From Azolla caroliniana (taxonomy: Eukaryota; Plantae; Polypodiophyta): 64,000 nucleotides of DNA. This document shows, one piece after another, positions 49,302 to 63,275 of the stretch; the stretch's first letter is position 1, and each line of letters opens with the position of its first letter. The notes under the pieces are model-generated. The model made no database searches. It had not been told where the DNA came from and saw only the letters and a program-made list of their open reading frames with translations. The DNA lies in contig JBHGNT010000004.1 in the NCBI GenBank assembly GCA_043228905.1, positions 25,048,001 to 25,112,000 on the forward strand. The letters run 5' to 3'. The position numbers and the translations under genes are program-made.

Positions 49302-51337
49302 CTTTACAAGTGCTCACTTTTATGCACTTAACATTTCCCTAACCTTACCTTATGGTGTGAAGTTTGAACTTAAAGTTTGCCCATGTTTTGTCTTTCTTTG
49401 TGTTCATAATGATCGGGCCCGAATCCGAGTGTCTTTTTCTATGTGTGCATTAAATCATAACGCCTAACCTAGACTCTCGTTCTCTTTATCTGTATGTGCA
49501 TTGAATCATCATGATTGAACCCTTGAGAACCCAATTTCCTTTGCTCGTATGTAAGCATTCAATCCTCACGACCAACTCCGATCCAAACTTTCTATATCTA
49601 TTTGTACATTGAACCATAAGTATTAACCTTAAACCCATCCTCATGGGTAAATCAAATATTAATGGTGGACTCCCAATTTGATGGATGAGTATGCATGTTT
49701 GCACACACATCACATGCATGCCTCATCTTTGTCACATGACGAACCAATAGACATGCAAGCCCAACGATTTTGAAAGTTTTGGTGCCTACAATGCAAAATT
49801 TACCCAATGACCCTGGGTTTGTAGAACAAAGAGTTGGAGCTGTCATCTATGGAGTAGCCTTGGAAGCAAGCCCTTGGATGAAAAAGAGGGTTGATGTGGT
49901 AACAAACTTTCTGAGTTAACGATACACTACATCAGTTCAAACCACATTGGAGTTTACCTCTCTTTTGTTGAGGTTGTTGAGCTACACACTCGAGTGATCA
50001 CTTGTGTATTGAATGAATAGGTATAGTTTTTGGTAATGTCAAAGTAACCTTAGGCACGTCCTTCACATGTGAGAGATGTAACATGACCACCATTTTGTAA
50101 GAATGGCATAAATGAGGATGGCAACATTTGAAAAGTAATAGATGCCCATTCGCTTAGTTTGTGAGGAAATAGTTTTCGCAACCCATGAAATTTGGGTTAA
50201 AGCCAATTGAAGAACTCCTTTTGAGGCGTGAGAGGAGTTTGATTGCCTCCTCTATGTTTTGCTACCAACATGACCTTTTGTTGCAAGTTGAGTGAAGGCC
50301 CCAATGAAACCCTTTTTGAAAGAGCGTTAATTACAATATGAAACCATTCTCGTAGCATGTCCATTATTTATTATAAATGGTTGTGTAAAAATGACATTGT
50401 TAAATAAAAGCTTATGTTTTTATTATAGCCTTCAAGTGGGAATCCCTATATCAAGCAATACACCAAACTTACTCAATTGGAATCATGTCTTTCTATAACA
50501 AGTTTCTTCTAGAAATGGGTGAGTTTGAGTTAACAACCTTGTAGACTATTATACCTTAATGTACCATGGGTTGTGATACCATGTAAGAGTTGCAACCATA
50601 TTTATTATATATTCCATTGCAACCAACCAACATTTATGGAAGGTATAAAGTACACATGATATTGAGTTCAATAAATAACCCTAATGTTGTAGCCCAAGGA
50701 CCATTGTGGGCTTGGTTATTAGGGATTGCGAAACCCCATGGGGATTTGTATGTGATGTGGGGGAATTATTCTAGAGTAAATGAACAAGCAATCAGAAATT
50801 ATTGTATATTTCTTTTGTAAATGACAAGTTCTTCGATGATTCCAATAATATATACTCAATGAAATTCATGTATATGGGAAGGATGATGGAAAATAAACCA
50901 CAACCTCAAGGAGGGCTCTAGAGATTATGAGAGATATCCTATCAAATTTACTACTGTAAACAATGTTTATACCCTAGATGACTAACCCCAACTTGAATTC
51001 CGCACACTTTTGGATTGAATTTGTCTTCCCTATTTATATATGACCTATGTTATTCCTTTATAGCTTCTTCACGGGCAAAAAGGAAATGCATAAGCAAAAC
51101 GTAGTTCACATGCATTACTTGAAAAAAATACTTATATACTTAATCCACAAACTCTTACTTTGAACTTTGAAATTCAAAGATGTTTATATGGAAAATGGTC
51201 ACTACTTCATGGTCTAAAAGGTTGTTCGTTTCATAATTCAATTTAGCCATCTTGAGATTCTGTATCTATCAAAATCAATAAAGGGTTGACAATTCAAAAT
51301 CTAAAAGCATGCATTAATTTGGTAGGGTTGTCCTTTG

Positions 51338-51801
51338 GCACCATAACCCTTTTTGTTCTAAGGTGGAGGCTATGTTTGATCATACATAGATCAAGCACCA
51401 ATTATTAGGGGACTCCATGTCCCCCTGGTATGGCTAGTGGTAGTCACATCAGCTAAGAAAAAACCTTCACTTTGTCAAATGGAGGTGGAACTTGGAACTG
51501 CAATCACTTGGGAGAGTGTTGAATGAACTTGCATGGCTTTCACTAGGCCAAACTTGCACCATAACCCTTTTTGTTCTAAGGTGGAGGCTATGTTTGATCA
51601 TACATAGATCAAGCACCAATTATTAGGGGACTCCATGTCCCACCATTACTATAGTAGAATCTTTGATGCATTGGTATGGCTAGTGGTAGTCACATCAGCT
51701 AAGAAAAAACCTTCACTTTGTCAAATGGAGATGGAACTTGGAACTGCAATCACTTGGGAGAGTGTTGAATGAACTTGCATGGCTTTCACTAGGCCAAACT
51801 T
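51338..51801. repeat. Tandem duplication of ~218 bp (51338-51555, 51556-51801); the second unit has a ~28-bp extra segment
   Basis: gcaccataaccctttttgttctaagg...ttcactaggccaaactt is repeated nearly identically. Confidence 0.92.
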
Positions 51802-54800
51802 GTTGCTATGTTGGTTTTAAGTCAATATAGATGATGCACCTTCCATGTTGATGCAAATTTTCCTTATTGTTAGTTAATGGTTTTAATATGTATTTAATTA
51901 ACCCAAGCGTTTATTGATATGGAATCAACCATTTGCATGCTATTGTATGTCAAATAAGTCTATTTATTGCATGTTGGCCATGTGTGCCATGCATGCTAGA
52001 GACTCTCTATAGTGTCATGTTTGTAATGTTCTGTAGATAGGCATTTCTTTGCGTTTGAATATTAAGAAGAGAAAAAGATGAAGAGGTGCAAAGTTCTTAA
52101 GTGCTTGTGAGGTGATTGGAAAACAGTTTTTAAGTTTGGGAGTGAGTGAAAAACAAAGAGTTTTTTTTATTGAAGTGAGGTTATTATAGTGAATTGAGAG
52201 TCCCTTGTATTCAGCTTTGTAATTGTGACAATAGTAGACTTTCTCTATGGACTATACGAATTTTGGTGTCCTTCTTTACATTTGTGCTTTCTTTTCATTT
52301 TTTGGAACACGTGTTTGTTGATAGTCTTTGTGACGCCTTTGGTATTCAATGCCTTACCCTCATATGCTCCATTCATTTCTCATTGTCATCCTTTGGTTGG
52401 AGGATCCATGAGCCTTGCCCAACAATCGCGAGGCAACCTCTTATTTGGAGCACATTTATCAAAGATTCGTAGGGGCATATAGAAGAGCATAACCATATTG
52501 ACTGAGCTAGATGAAACATGGATTGTGCCTTATCTTTAGAGTTGGGATCTATATTGACTTCATTAGTGAGGACGATGATATTGTCCACATTAAATGTTGA
52601 TCATATATTTTACTTGAAGTAGGTATCCATGAGTCATTCCCTCCATCTATGAGCACAATGATATTGTCCAATCAACTACAAGAGATCACATATATAATTA
52701 TGAGCCTTTCAAATAAGTAATTGTTAGTAGAGACCACACTTATGGATGCCTTCTATAGATGGCGAGGAGGCAATACCTATACTCCAATGACCACCAATAC
52801 ATATATTAATGTGGGTTCTTCTTAATTTCCGACCAATATTTTTCCTATTTTAGTGACCGCTCACACCATAAGCATTGTGGATCGATAGGGGAATGTACCA
52901 ATCAACTACATTTGATCACATTTGCAGTTTTGATTGTTTAAACAAGGTTTGTTAATAGAGCACCCATTTTGTGGATGTCTCCATTGAATGATGAGGTTTT
53001 GTTTAGGGGACCTACAATCAAATGATTGTGTGATGCCATTAATACATGCTACTTTGGATGCTTCAAAGAAGTCTCTTCTACGTTTTCCCTATTTTAGTGA
53101 CGACACACATTCTACTATTCTATTTTCTTGTAATAGGGAATCAAGATCTCTATATTGTGATATGATGTTATTATCTCCTTCAAATACTATGTGTGGACAA
53201 GTGATAGATCCCCCTTAGGCACATGCAATTTTTCTTTATCACTTATTTATGATGGATGGCTTCACATTGGTAAAACTATTTTGGTCACAATTATGGTCAT
53301 TAGATATTAGCCAAGTAGTGTTTTGCTTCCAATGGCATGCCATGTATTGAGGGTTTCCAATGGGCACATGGGCAATCGTAGTTGGGCATGATCCCATCTA
53401 TAATGGATGTAATGATATAATCCCATAAGAGATTATATTCGTGCGCTCATATTGTATGTGGTGCAATTGGGTTTCATGCACATACATGCATACAAGTTTT
53501 CTTTCTAGGGAGCAATGGTGTGGTTGAGACACATTATATGAGTGTTAATTTAACATAGGAAGGTGAGTCTTTGTGCCATTTGTTTATGCTCACATGTATA
53601 GGGTGTAGAACCCCTTTGATGATATTGCCTTTTAGAACTGGAACTAGGAAATCATTAAGATGTTGTGAGGACACAACCTATATTAGAGACCTTCCTTAGT
53701 CACCATATGGATTGAGAGAGTACTATGCTCATCAATGGCAATCAAAATTTGGTGCATGTTGTAACTTCATGGATGAGAGTACTATGCTCATTAATGTCAC
53801 ATGGACATGCAAATGATGTACTTGGGAAGGACCCATACAACACCCTCATGCTCCTATTGTGCTAATAATCCATATGATTGGAAGATAACCTTAGATTGGG
53901 GCATGCTAGATGGTTGTACCAGATGGGGCTTCAATAGAAAAGTTAACATAGAATGTCAATGCTATAATTGATCCTAGCACTCATCGTGGAGATGGTTAAA
54001 AAGATTGTTAAGCCTCAAATTACTATTATAACATGATTAACTCATGTGTCTTGGTACCTCCACTTCAGGACAAAGACTAAGATACCAAATTATGAGGATG
54101 CTTAGAAAATGTTCTCATAAATGTGCGGAATTAATGCAATAAGGACATTTTATTTGACATATCAAATGTTTATAAGTTAATGTGAATAGAATGTCAATTT
54201 TCGCATATATATATATATATATATAAGCGGTACTAGATGTGTATCCACACATGTGAATGCCATTGTGACCGTCATGTGTACTAAATAAAACTTAGGCCCA
54301 CACACTAATTAGGCCTAAGGCACCTATTTTACACATACTACATCATTTGATTGTCGTGATGTTCAATATGGATTGTACATAATGTTGTTAAGCCGAGCAT
54401 GGCTATGATTTTCTTTACGGTTTGATTGCATTAGAATCATATTCGTAGGATTGAATTAAATCAAATATGTATGATAATTATGAGTAGTTCTCCACAACCT
54501 ATATAGTAGATGAACCACCTTGTTGTGGGCTAATAATGATGTAGGTTAACTAAGACAACCCATAGAGGAGGGCTTATAGACAACACTAATTATTGTTCTA
54601 ATACCATGACTCAACCCATCATTGATAAAGAAAGAAAGAAAGAAATGATTTTGAATAATTTGTCATCTAAGGGAGAAGAAGACTTTTAACCCACAAATTA
54701 AATGTCCCAAAAGATAGCAATACCTTCAACACTATTTGTTGTTCCATATGAACACATGATTATGTGAGAGAAAATAATAGGCCCAAATAGGAAACACCAA

Positions 54801-57089
54801 ATGTCAACTGATGCAAAGTTACCTTGCCTTTGAGCTTCTTGTCTTGTATATACATCGATGACAATAACAAAACACCTTCTCTCGAACAAGAGTCACACAC
54901 ATGTACACCACTTGGACAATCCCAAACCATACGTGAATATTACTTCCCTATGCATGCACCAACAATCATGTCAAATGAAAAAAACATACCATATGTCCAT
55001 GCGTTTAGATGATGGACAATCTAGGAATGGTCCAAACATTAGTCACATCTTAAAAAGGACAATATATGATTGCAACAGTAACCCACACAATTTCCTACCC
55101 TTAAGAAACACTTCCATTCCAGGATATTATCAAGATAGAAGAGGGGGAGTCCCAATGTCAAACCTTGATGGATCTTGACAAATGTAACGATTTAACTTTG
55201 TCCAACTACCCAATACACCAATAGAGAGATTCGGGAATTTGATGCCCCCAAATCTACCAAAATTCCATCAATGTCTATTGTGCTCATAACTTAACTAAAT
55301 GTATAGTACAATCTCTCTATATTTATGTTTGCATTGTGACGAAAGACTAGTTAACAAAGTTTAATATTGGTGCTTTCCATTTGAACCCTTGTTACTTAAT
55401 CAATGTTTTCAATGTTTTATAGTAGATTGCGGACCTTGATCCTTGATTACAATATCTACATTCACTTCAACTATCTATTCATTGTAGGTACTCTAACTAA
55501 CATGTTAACGTGGAACTCTTTTTATATTTTATATGCATGTGTGTATGTACATAGAGTAAAATTTAAATATGTTCATAATACACACACAAACACATGGATT
55601 CTGTGTCAAGTAGCATTAACATTGCTTCAAGAATAAGCACCTAGAAATAAAAAGTTATAATTTTGTGATTATTTAATTGAATTATGTTGCTATCTTAATA
55701 GTTCTTATAAATTCTTCACATTAGAATAATGCATAAACATGTTTATATTAAGCAATGCCTCTTTTTATGCAACTCTTGATCCCTATGTTGGTTTTCACTT
55801 TATTTGAATGGATAAAGGCGAATACTTTGAAAAAAAGAAGGGGGAAAGAAGCAAAGAAAAGCGTATAGTGGTCACATTCATGAATGACAAGATGAAAACA
55901 ATACATGTCAGATACAACATGTTCTTGACTTATGCTCTTCTTGGGGACATGCAACTTTATTTTTTGAAATTCATATATCCATCAAAGGGACATGTTTGGC
56001 TAAGAGTCAATGATTTTGTCAGTAAAATGAGGATGTGATCACCATCATGTTAGATAAATCACTTGATACATTTTATTCTATCAACCTTTAAGTGTGTTGT
56101 AAAATCTACACATCAGTCCAAGCAATAAGACAAGTTCCATTCACAAACCCTAAACCCTGTCTAACTAAGAACTCTTTCTTTATGCTACATATGTACATAG
56201 AGCGACTACGCCATAACTAAATAATCTCTTTTTGCTTTGACAAGTTCCAATAGTTTCTTCATTTTAGTAAAAAGTATGGATGATTCAAATGATTTTATCA
56301 CGTACATGGAATAAAATGCATTTAATATGGATAGGAAGTGGTTTCGACTATGGAGTGAGAGCTAACATCTCATTTGCTTCATCAAGTCACAATAGAAAGT
56401 TCATCCAATTTGTTATTTTCAATAAAATGTATGCATGATTCTCAGTGGTAGTATTGCATATGTACATGAAATCATATGCATTTATATATTGAAGGTTGTC
56501 ATGAAATCGAAGGAAACATGTAAGTTGTAGTGCCAAGTTGTGAAGCATGTTTGACCATTTTGAATTCTTCTTTTCACAAAAGAGTACACATGATTCCTAA
56601 TTGATAGTTTTTATCGTATTACATGAACAATATGCATTTATGGATTAAAGCATTGTCATGTGATATATCATGTGATTTTTGCACCTTTTTAAATGATGGA
56701 TTTAGAGCCTAGATACAAAATAAAATCATAACATTGTGTGTGTGTGTTCATTATGTACGTGTTGACTACATATAGTTTTTTTATGGTTGCATTTTAATAA
56801 TAAAGTGCAAAAACCAATGTTCAATGCACTCATTAAGGTTTTTTTACATAGAACACATGTCTACAATCCTAAAGCTTTGTAAATTTTTAAGAAAAGGTGC
56901 AAACATAATATTCGGAAATGCAGAGGGGCTACAAGGGCAAAACCCTATTTGTGTTGAAAGTCTATCCATTTACATATAGGTTATGTGAGAAAGTAAAAAT
57001 CCGTAGGGTACTCATAGGGCCATAGGCCTATGGAGGGCTATGCCATTGAGAAACTATCTACACCGTCTTGCAAGAAGATCCAATGGATT

Positions 57090-58100
57090 CTAGCGTAGCA
57101 ACCATTCCTATTGCCCTTCCTATTTGATATGTTTATAAAAAAACTCTCAAACTATATCGGAGGAGGGGATGGACCTAATGTGGTGGGAGTGATGGCATTT
57201 GTATTGCCCTATATCAATGATATTGTGCTCATTTCCAAGGTATCCAAGGGGCTTCAACGCTTAGATTCTCTCCATGCCTCCGAAAATAGAGGTCTCACAA
57301 TGAATCTTACAAAAACTAAAACAATGGTGTCTAACACCTCATTAAGGTGGGACATATCCAAGGGGCTTCAACTCTAAGATTCTCTCCCTGCCTCCAAAAA
57401 TAGAGGTTTCACGATGAGTCTTACAAAACTAAAACAATTGTGTCTAATGACTCATTAAGCTGGGACATATCCAAGGGGTTTCAATGCTTAGATTCTCTCC
57501 ATACCTCAAAAAATAGAGGACTCATAGTGAATCTTACAAAAACTAACACAATGTTGTCTAACACCTCATTAAGGTGGGCTTTTGAGAATTTCTTTATCTT
57601 TGGAGGAGCACATGTAGTATACATTCAATGAAATTTATTCTTGGGGGTTATGTGCAAAGGGCCACAATTCTCTTCATGAAACATTACAAGCTTAGTTTAT
57701 ATGAGCATATGCAACACTTGGATCACTAAGTGACTATACATTTTCAAGATCCACAAATCATTATGTGGATTTTAAACACCATTGTCACCCCCACACTTGT
57801 GTATGGCTTAGAATTTTGGGGGCCATGACTCTAGCATACTTGTAGATAACCTTTCTCAAAAGAAAACAATCACAACATTGATAGTATTATGATGGATGGG
57901 AGATCATGGAAAAACCATTTACCTTTTCCATATCAAGGTATGATTCTGATGAAATCCATCAATGCAATCTGAAATCATTAGAGTAGAGTTGGGGGTAACA
58001 CCCATGATAGTTGATTTTACTTTGAGCACTAACTTTCATATAACGATTGTGGGACCTTCCAACACTTACAATTAGCTCTCATATCATTGATGTAATTGGC
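57090..58100 (+). mobile_element. Decayed LINE (RTE/RTE-X-like) reverse-transcriptase fragment with an internal ~114-bp triplication
   Basis: PFLFDMFI..LPYINDIVLIS..GLQRLD.L...RGLTMNLTKTKTMV matches the YADD...GLQ..L..GLxVNxxKTK region. The unit atccaagggg.. recurs at 57242, 57356 and 57469. Confidence 0.7.
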
Positions 58101-58604
58101 CGTAATCAAACATAAACCAATTTGATATACTTGAGTGAGTGCATGATTAAGTTTGCATGGTATGAATATTGACATATTATATCCCTTTGTCTACACTTTG
58201 GATTTCCTTGATTTAGGGCAATGATATACACTAAGAGGTTGCGTGCTAATCCCCAACTCCCCATGAGTCAAGGATGACACATTATCATACCTACCTTCTC
58301 CAACCGTCACCCGATTATTTCATTATGAATAATGTGGTTGTGTTATTATAAATAATTATGGTCCATGACCCTAGTTAACTTATTAGTACTTTGCTTGTGT
58401 TCACAGTATTGTATAGTAGTATCTCTACATAGCTTATTAGTACTTTTCTTGTGTTCATAATAATGTAAAGTAGTACTTTGCAATGTGAATGGTCATGAAT
58501 GTGCTACGTGCTACCCACACCCAAAAAAAACATATCTCATTATTGTTTCACGAGAAACAATAAGTGCCTCACTAATAATTTAGCAAAAACAGTAAGTTGT
58601 TTAG

Positions 58605-59020
58605 TGTTAGCTGGTTAGCTACCCGGAGTTGAATGGTCGGAGTCGGACGAATGTGAAAAGGAGTCGGAGTCAAAGTTGAAGAGTATGTATAAACAAGAGT
58701 CAGAATGTGAAAGGACAAAATTCGAATATAATGTAACTTTGCCAAGTATAAAAATTAGAGTAATATTAGGAAATAGACCGGTTTTGATATAACTGTAGGT
58801 TCTTGCCGAACAAGGCAAGCGTAAATCTTGGAGAGAGACTCTCAAGTCACCTATAAAAAGGGATCAAGAGCATTGTATTTGTATTGGTCTATTTTGATTA
58901 ATATAAGTTTTGGTAGTTAGAGTAGCTGCTATGTCGACTACTCTGTGTATTTTCTCGATCTGTCACTGTGTCAGATGTTCGAATTCAGTTTTTGCTGCAC
59001 AAATTATATTATATCTAATA
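58605..59020 (+). mobile_element. Possible solo LTR
   Basis: Starts tgttag and ends ctaata (near-inverted). Internal gagtcgga repeats, TATA-like ctataaaaagg and a GT-rich downstream part. No clean TSD. Confidence 0.35.
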
Positions 59021-60854
59021 GTCTATTAGGGGTGTATGTTTAATCGTAATAACTAATCTTTGTACACCTATTTTTTGAGTGTAGAACTAGTGCCGACCAA
59101 CCCATCTCTCCACCCCAATCTTCTTGACCGAATGTTCGACCTATTGTGTATGTCGGCCACAATTATTGGTAGGTTAACACAATAATTTAAAAGTCTACTA
59201 AAATAAGCATCATTACCTTCGTAGTTGTAGGACATTGTTTTTTGGGGTAGCATTTGTAACACATTGCACTCAACTGCATTGAACACCATGTATACTCCAT
59301 CAAACATGCCCCTAGTATTTGGGGCAATATCAACATTACTCTTGGTATACTCCTAAATGTTTTCATGCTTTCATACACTTGGTAGAAAAGGTTCTAGCAT
59401 ATTACCATGGTGATACTTGCGTACGTTTGTAAAGCAAAAAAGTGACAATACATTTTAATTGTTCGTTTTTGGTAATGAAAGTAGTGGGGGGTATAGTAGA
59501 GGAGGGTGAGTTTTGGTTTTCTTGGTACCGGCAACAGACAAAGATAAAGTGAAAACTTAAGAGGGGTGAAAGACTAAAGTCTTCTTGCCCAAGTTTTCTT
59601 TTCAATACCGTTAAAGGTAACAAAGCATTCACATCTAGATTTAGACAACAACTATGGAGTTTCAATTTATGATCAAACCAATAGTTTAAGATCCCAAAAT
59701 AAAAATATGAAGAATATACATTATGATCTTTGTTGCTCAAGACATCAACTTCAAACCATAACTTTGTTCTAAAGCACAATTAGTACCACCACCATCCAAT
59801 AGTAGAAGTAATTTAAATTTTAAGAGTTGAAGTCTACAACATGGCGCGTCAACACTTATGTCTTTGTTATCTTTATTGTTATTGTCGATTTATCCTTTTA
59901 TTGATTTAATTCATGGATCATGAACTAACTTGTTATTAGCATTCCAATCATGATCAATTTTGAGTTTCATTATCAATGTTGAGTCTCATGAATAATTGAT
60001 CTAATATCGTTAAATATCTAAGTTTTCATGGATGGTTTATTGTAGTTCATTAGAATTACAAACATATTATGGGGACGCTAGGATATTGGGAAATTTTCAT
60101 GACATACTTTTAGGGTTTCTAGTGTCCTAAGAGCACAATGTCTTATTCTCAAGTTTCATGATCGAAAAGGAAATATTCATGTTAAAGAGATTCTCACATG
60201 AAGGAGTATGCTTGAACTTGAATGGATTTAGTCAAGAAGAGGCAAATTGGTAAGTGATCTAGACGTACATATATGCTAATAAAACAAGTGCTAATGCATG
60301 GATATAAAGCTCACAAGTCGTTATGCATGTAGGGCACCCCATTGCATGGGTATTGGTCATAATAATATGTTTGGGAGTGCCATACTCCTCCATCATATGC
60401 ATGTTGGCCATGAAGGTAGTTAGACACGTGGGCATGGAGGACGATATATTATTGGGTTATTGTGGCCATGCTGCTTTAACAAGTCGGCAAAACATGGACA
60501 ATATTTCATGATATTGTACATTTCTCATAAGGTCTCCAATTCTTCCTCTTCAATTCCATATGACCAAAACAAAGAGACTTTGAGACCCTTGAAAGCAGCT
60601 TCTGCGATGGGCTCTTACGTACTCACAAATAGTGACATTCTTCCAGTTCGGTTTAGGTTTGGAAACCCCCAAACCGGTTTAGGCTTAACCGATTTGGTTT
60701 GGACAAGGCCAAACCGGTTAACCCGAAACCAAACCGTTGCCGATTCCTAAAGTCTTATGGAAGAACAATATCATTTTAAGTCTACCAAAACAGAGTCTCC
60801 ATGTTCTTCATTTAATGTGTAGAAGATGAAGAAGAAGAAGAAGAAGAAGAAGAT

Positions 60855-63275
60855 ATGAAGGAGAGGAGAGAAGCTGTACCCAATGCTGAATTCACTCTTG
60901 TGGCCTTGCTCAAGGCATGTGCCAAGAAGAAGGACTTCCATGAAGGCATCAGAATACATTATGAGATTCGCCGGGATGAAGGGCTATTACAGAAGAACCC
61001 TTACCTTGCTAGCACTCTTGTGAATATGTATGTGAAATGTGGCATGCTCTCGGAAGCCGAGCAAGTGTTGGAATCCCTGCCCATGCGTGATGTTGTTTCG
61101 TGGTCGGCATTGATCTCAGGTTACTCGTACAGCCACACACATGCGCATAAAGTGTTTGATTCTCTCGATGACATGCGGAGAGAAGGTCTCTCCCCGAATG
61201 CCATCACTTTCACTGGCATCTTCAAGGCTTATGGCGACATCGGCAATATTGGCTATGGTGAGAGAATGCATGATGAGATTGTGAAGAGGAGGTTGCTCAT
61301 GGAAACCAAGGATGTCATGCTTGGTACTGCCTTGGTCGCCATGTACGTGAAATGTGGCGAGCTTAGAAAAGCGCAAAAAGTGCTTGAAGAGCTGCCAGTG
61401 CGCAATACAGCATCATGGAATGCTCTCATCTCAGGATACATCCAACACTGGGAATGCCGTGAAGCGATCAACTGTCTAGACGAAATGCAAATTGAGGGCC
61501 TTTGTCCGGATGAGGTTACTTTTACTTGCATCTTGAAAGCTTGCAGTGGCATCAAAGCCATTGAGAAGGGGATACAAATTCATCATGAGATTGTGACTAG
61601 GAATTTGCTCGCAAAAGATGTTGTGCTTGGCACTGCCCTGGTTGATATGTATGCCAAATGTGGTGTGATGGCCAAAGCACAAGAAGTGATTGAAGAGCTT
61701 CATGTTCACGATGTAGTGGCTTGGAATGCATTGATTGCTGGGTATGTCCAACACGGTCAATGCCATGAAGCTCTGGGTATCTTTGAACAGATGCAAAAGT
61801 TTCAGGAGCGGTGCCTGCCAAATGTAATCACCTTCGTCTGCATTTTGATGGCATGTGGAAATATTGGAGCCATCGAAAAGGGCAAACAAATCCATGATGA
61901 GATTGTGAGTAGGAAGTTGCTGGACAGGGATATCATACTCGGCACTGCTTTGGTGGATATGTATGCGAAATGTGGTGTTCTGACCAAAGCAAAAGAGGTG
62001 CTTGAAGCTCTTCCTACCCGAAATGTGGTCACTTGGAATGCACTAATTGCAGGCTATGCTCATCAAGGGGAATACCATGAGTCACTTTATTGTTTCCAAA
62101 GAATGCAAAGTGAGGGCTTGTCTCCTGATGAAGTCACTTTTCTTTGCATCTTGAAGGCATGTGGCAGTGCAAAAGCTATAGAGAAGGGCAAACAAATTCA
62201 TGGCGAAGTTCAGATCATTGGCTTCCTCGAGAAGGATGCCATGCTCTGCAATGCTTTGGTGGATATGTATGCAAAATGTGGGATGCTCTCAAAAGCACGT
62301 CAAATTCTAAAAAGTCTTCCGGTTCAAGATGTAGTTGCTTGGAATGCACTCATTGTGGGGTATGTTCACGAGGGCCGATGTGATGAAGCTCTTGATTGTT
62401 TTGAATGGATGCAAAGGGAGGGTCCTTCAGCAGATGAGGTCACATTTCTCACTCTTTTGAAAGCCTGTGGTAAGATTGGAGCGATTGACAAAGGCAAACA
62501 AATTCATTGTGAGATTGTAAGCAAAGAACTCTTGGAGAAAGATATCGTGCTTGGGAATGCTTTGGTGGATATGTATGGGAAATGTGGTGTTCTTGGAAAA
62601 GCATGCCAGGTGCTCGAAGCACTTCCGATCCGAGATGTGGTGTCTTGGTCGACAATAATTTCCGGGTATGGGCAACATGGGAGAGGTCAGGAAGCACTCA
62701 AGTGCTTTGAATGGATGCAATGTGAAGGTCTACTTCCAAATGCGGTAACACTGCTCAGTCTTCTGGTGGCATGCAGTCATGCCGGGTTACTTGAAGAAGC
62801 CCAAACACTTTTCGTTAGCATGTCAAGAAGATACGGGGTCACTCCAAATTTGGAGCATCATACTTGTATGGTGGCTGGTTTTGGATATGCAGGGCATTTT
62901 GACAAGGCCATGTCGGTCATTAAGGTTATGCCATCTCCAGAATGTGAATGTGGTTTAGTGTGGCTTGCCCTGTTGGGTGCATGTCGGAAATGGAGAAACT
63001 TGGAACTTGGGAGGTCGTGCTTTGATCAAGTTATACAGTTGGATAATAGTTGTGCAACAGCCTATGTGCTCATGACTGACATTTTTGCGGCAGCTGGCAT
63101 GCAAGAGGATGCACACAATGTGGAAACCATGAGATTGAAATATGCTTCATCTTGGAAGGAGGATTGGGATTACTCTTCACGTATAAATGATATATATGCA
63201 AAGGTACAAGTTATCAGTTCGGAAATGTCGGATGAAGGATTTTTGCCCCTAGTGGGCAACTTGTTTAGTGAATAG
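60855..63275 (+). CDS. PLS-class PPR protein with E1/E2 and a partial E+ region, no intact DYW domain
   Basis: Intronless 806-aa ORF with regular PLS triplets (VVAWNALIAGY..G; PDEVTFxCILKAC; LGTALVDMYAKCG). E1 WLALLGACRKW, E2 AYVLMTDIFAAAG, then IYAKVQVISSEMSDEGFLP. The N-terminus may be incomplete (no clear transit peptide). Confidence 0.9.
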   Translation: MKERREAVPNAEFTLVALLKACAKKKDFHEGIRIHYEIRRDEGLLQKNPYLASTLVNMYVKCGMLSEAEQVLESLPMRDVVSWSALISGYSYSHTHAHKVFDSLDDMRREGLSPNAITFTGIFKAYGDIGNIGYGERMHDEIVKRRLLMETKDVMLGTALVAMYVKCGELRKAQKVLEELPVRNTASWNALISGYIQHWECREAINCLDEMQIEGLCPDEVTFTCILKACSGIKAIEKGIQIHHEIVTRNLLAKDVVLGTALVDMYAKCGVMAKAQEVIEELHVHDVVAWNALIAGYVQHGQCHEALGIFEQMQKFQERCLPNVITFVCILMACGNIGAIEKGKQIHDEIVSRKLLDRDIILGTALVDMYAKCGVLTKAKEVLEALPTRNVVTWNALIAGYAHQGEYHESLYCFQRMQSEGLSPDEVTFLCILKACGSAKAIEKGKQIHGEVQIIGFLEKDAMLCNALVDMYAKCGMLSKARQILKSLPVQDVVAWNALIVGYVHEGRCDEALDCFEWMQREGPSADEVTFLTLLKACGKIGAIDKGKQIHCEIVSKELLEKDIVLGNALVDMYGKCGVLGKACQVLEALPIRDVVSWSTIISGYGQHGRGQEALKCFEWMQCEGLLPNAVTLLSLLVACSHAGLLEEAQTLFVSMSRRYGVTPNLEHHTCMVAGFGYAGHFDKAMSVIKVMPSPECECGLVWLALLGACRKWRNLELGRSCFDQVIQLDNSCATAYVLMTDIFAAAGMQEDAHNVETMRLKYASSWKEDWDYSSRINDIYAKVQVISSEMSDEGFLPLVGNLFSE

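Noticed and set aside
49400-55300. Possible decayed MULE-type transposase/accessory genes and a degenerate ~230-bp repeat (52670-53110)
   Set aside because: Only isolated hints (e.g. DVCKHAY on the minus strand near 49700). No boundaries or continuous frame could be supported by eye.
56145-56158. Interstitial telomere repeat aaaccctaaaccct
   Set aside because: Only two units; expected by chance or as a single telo-box.
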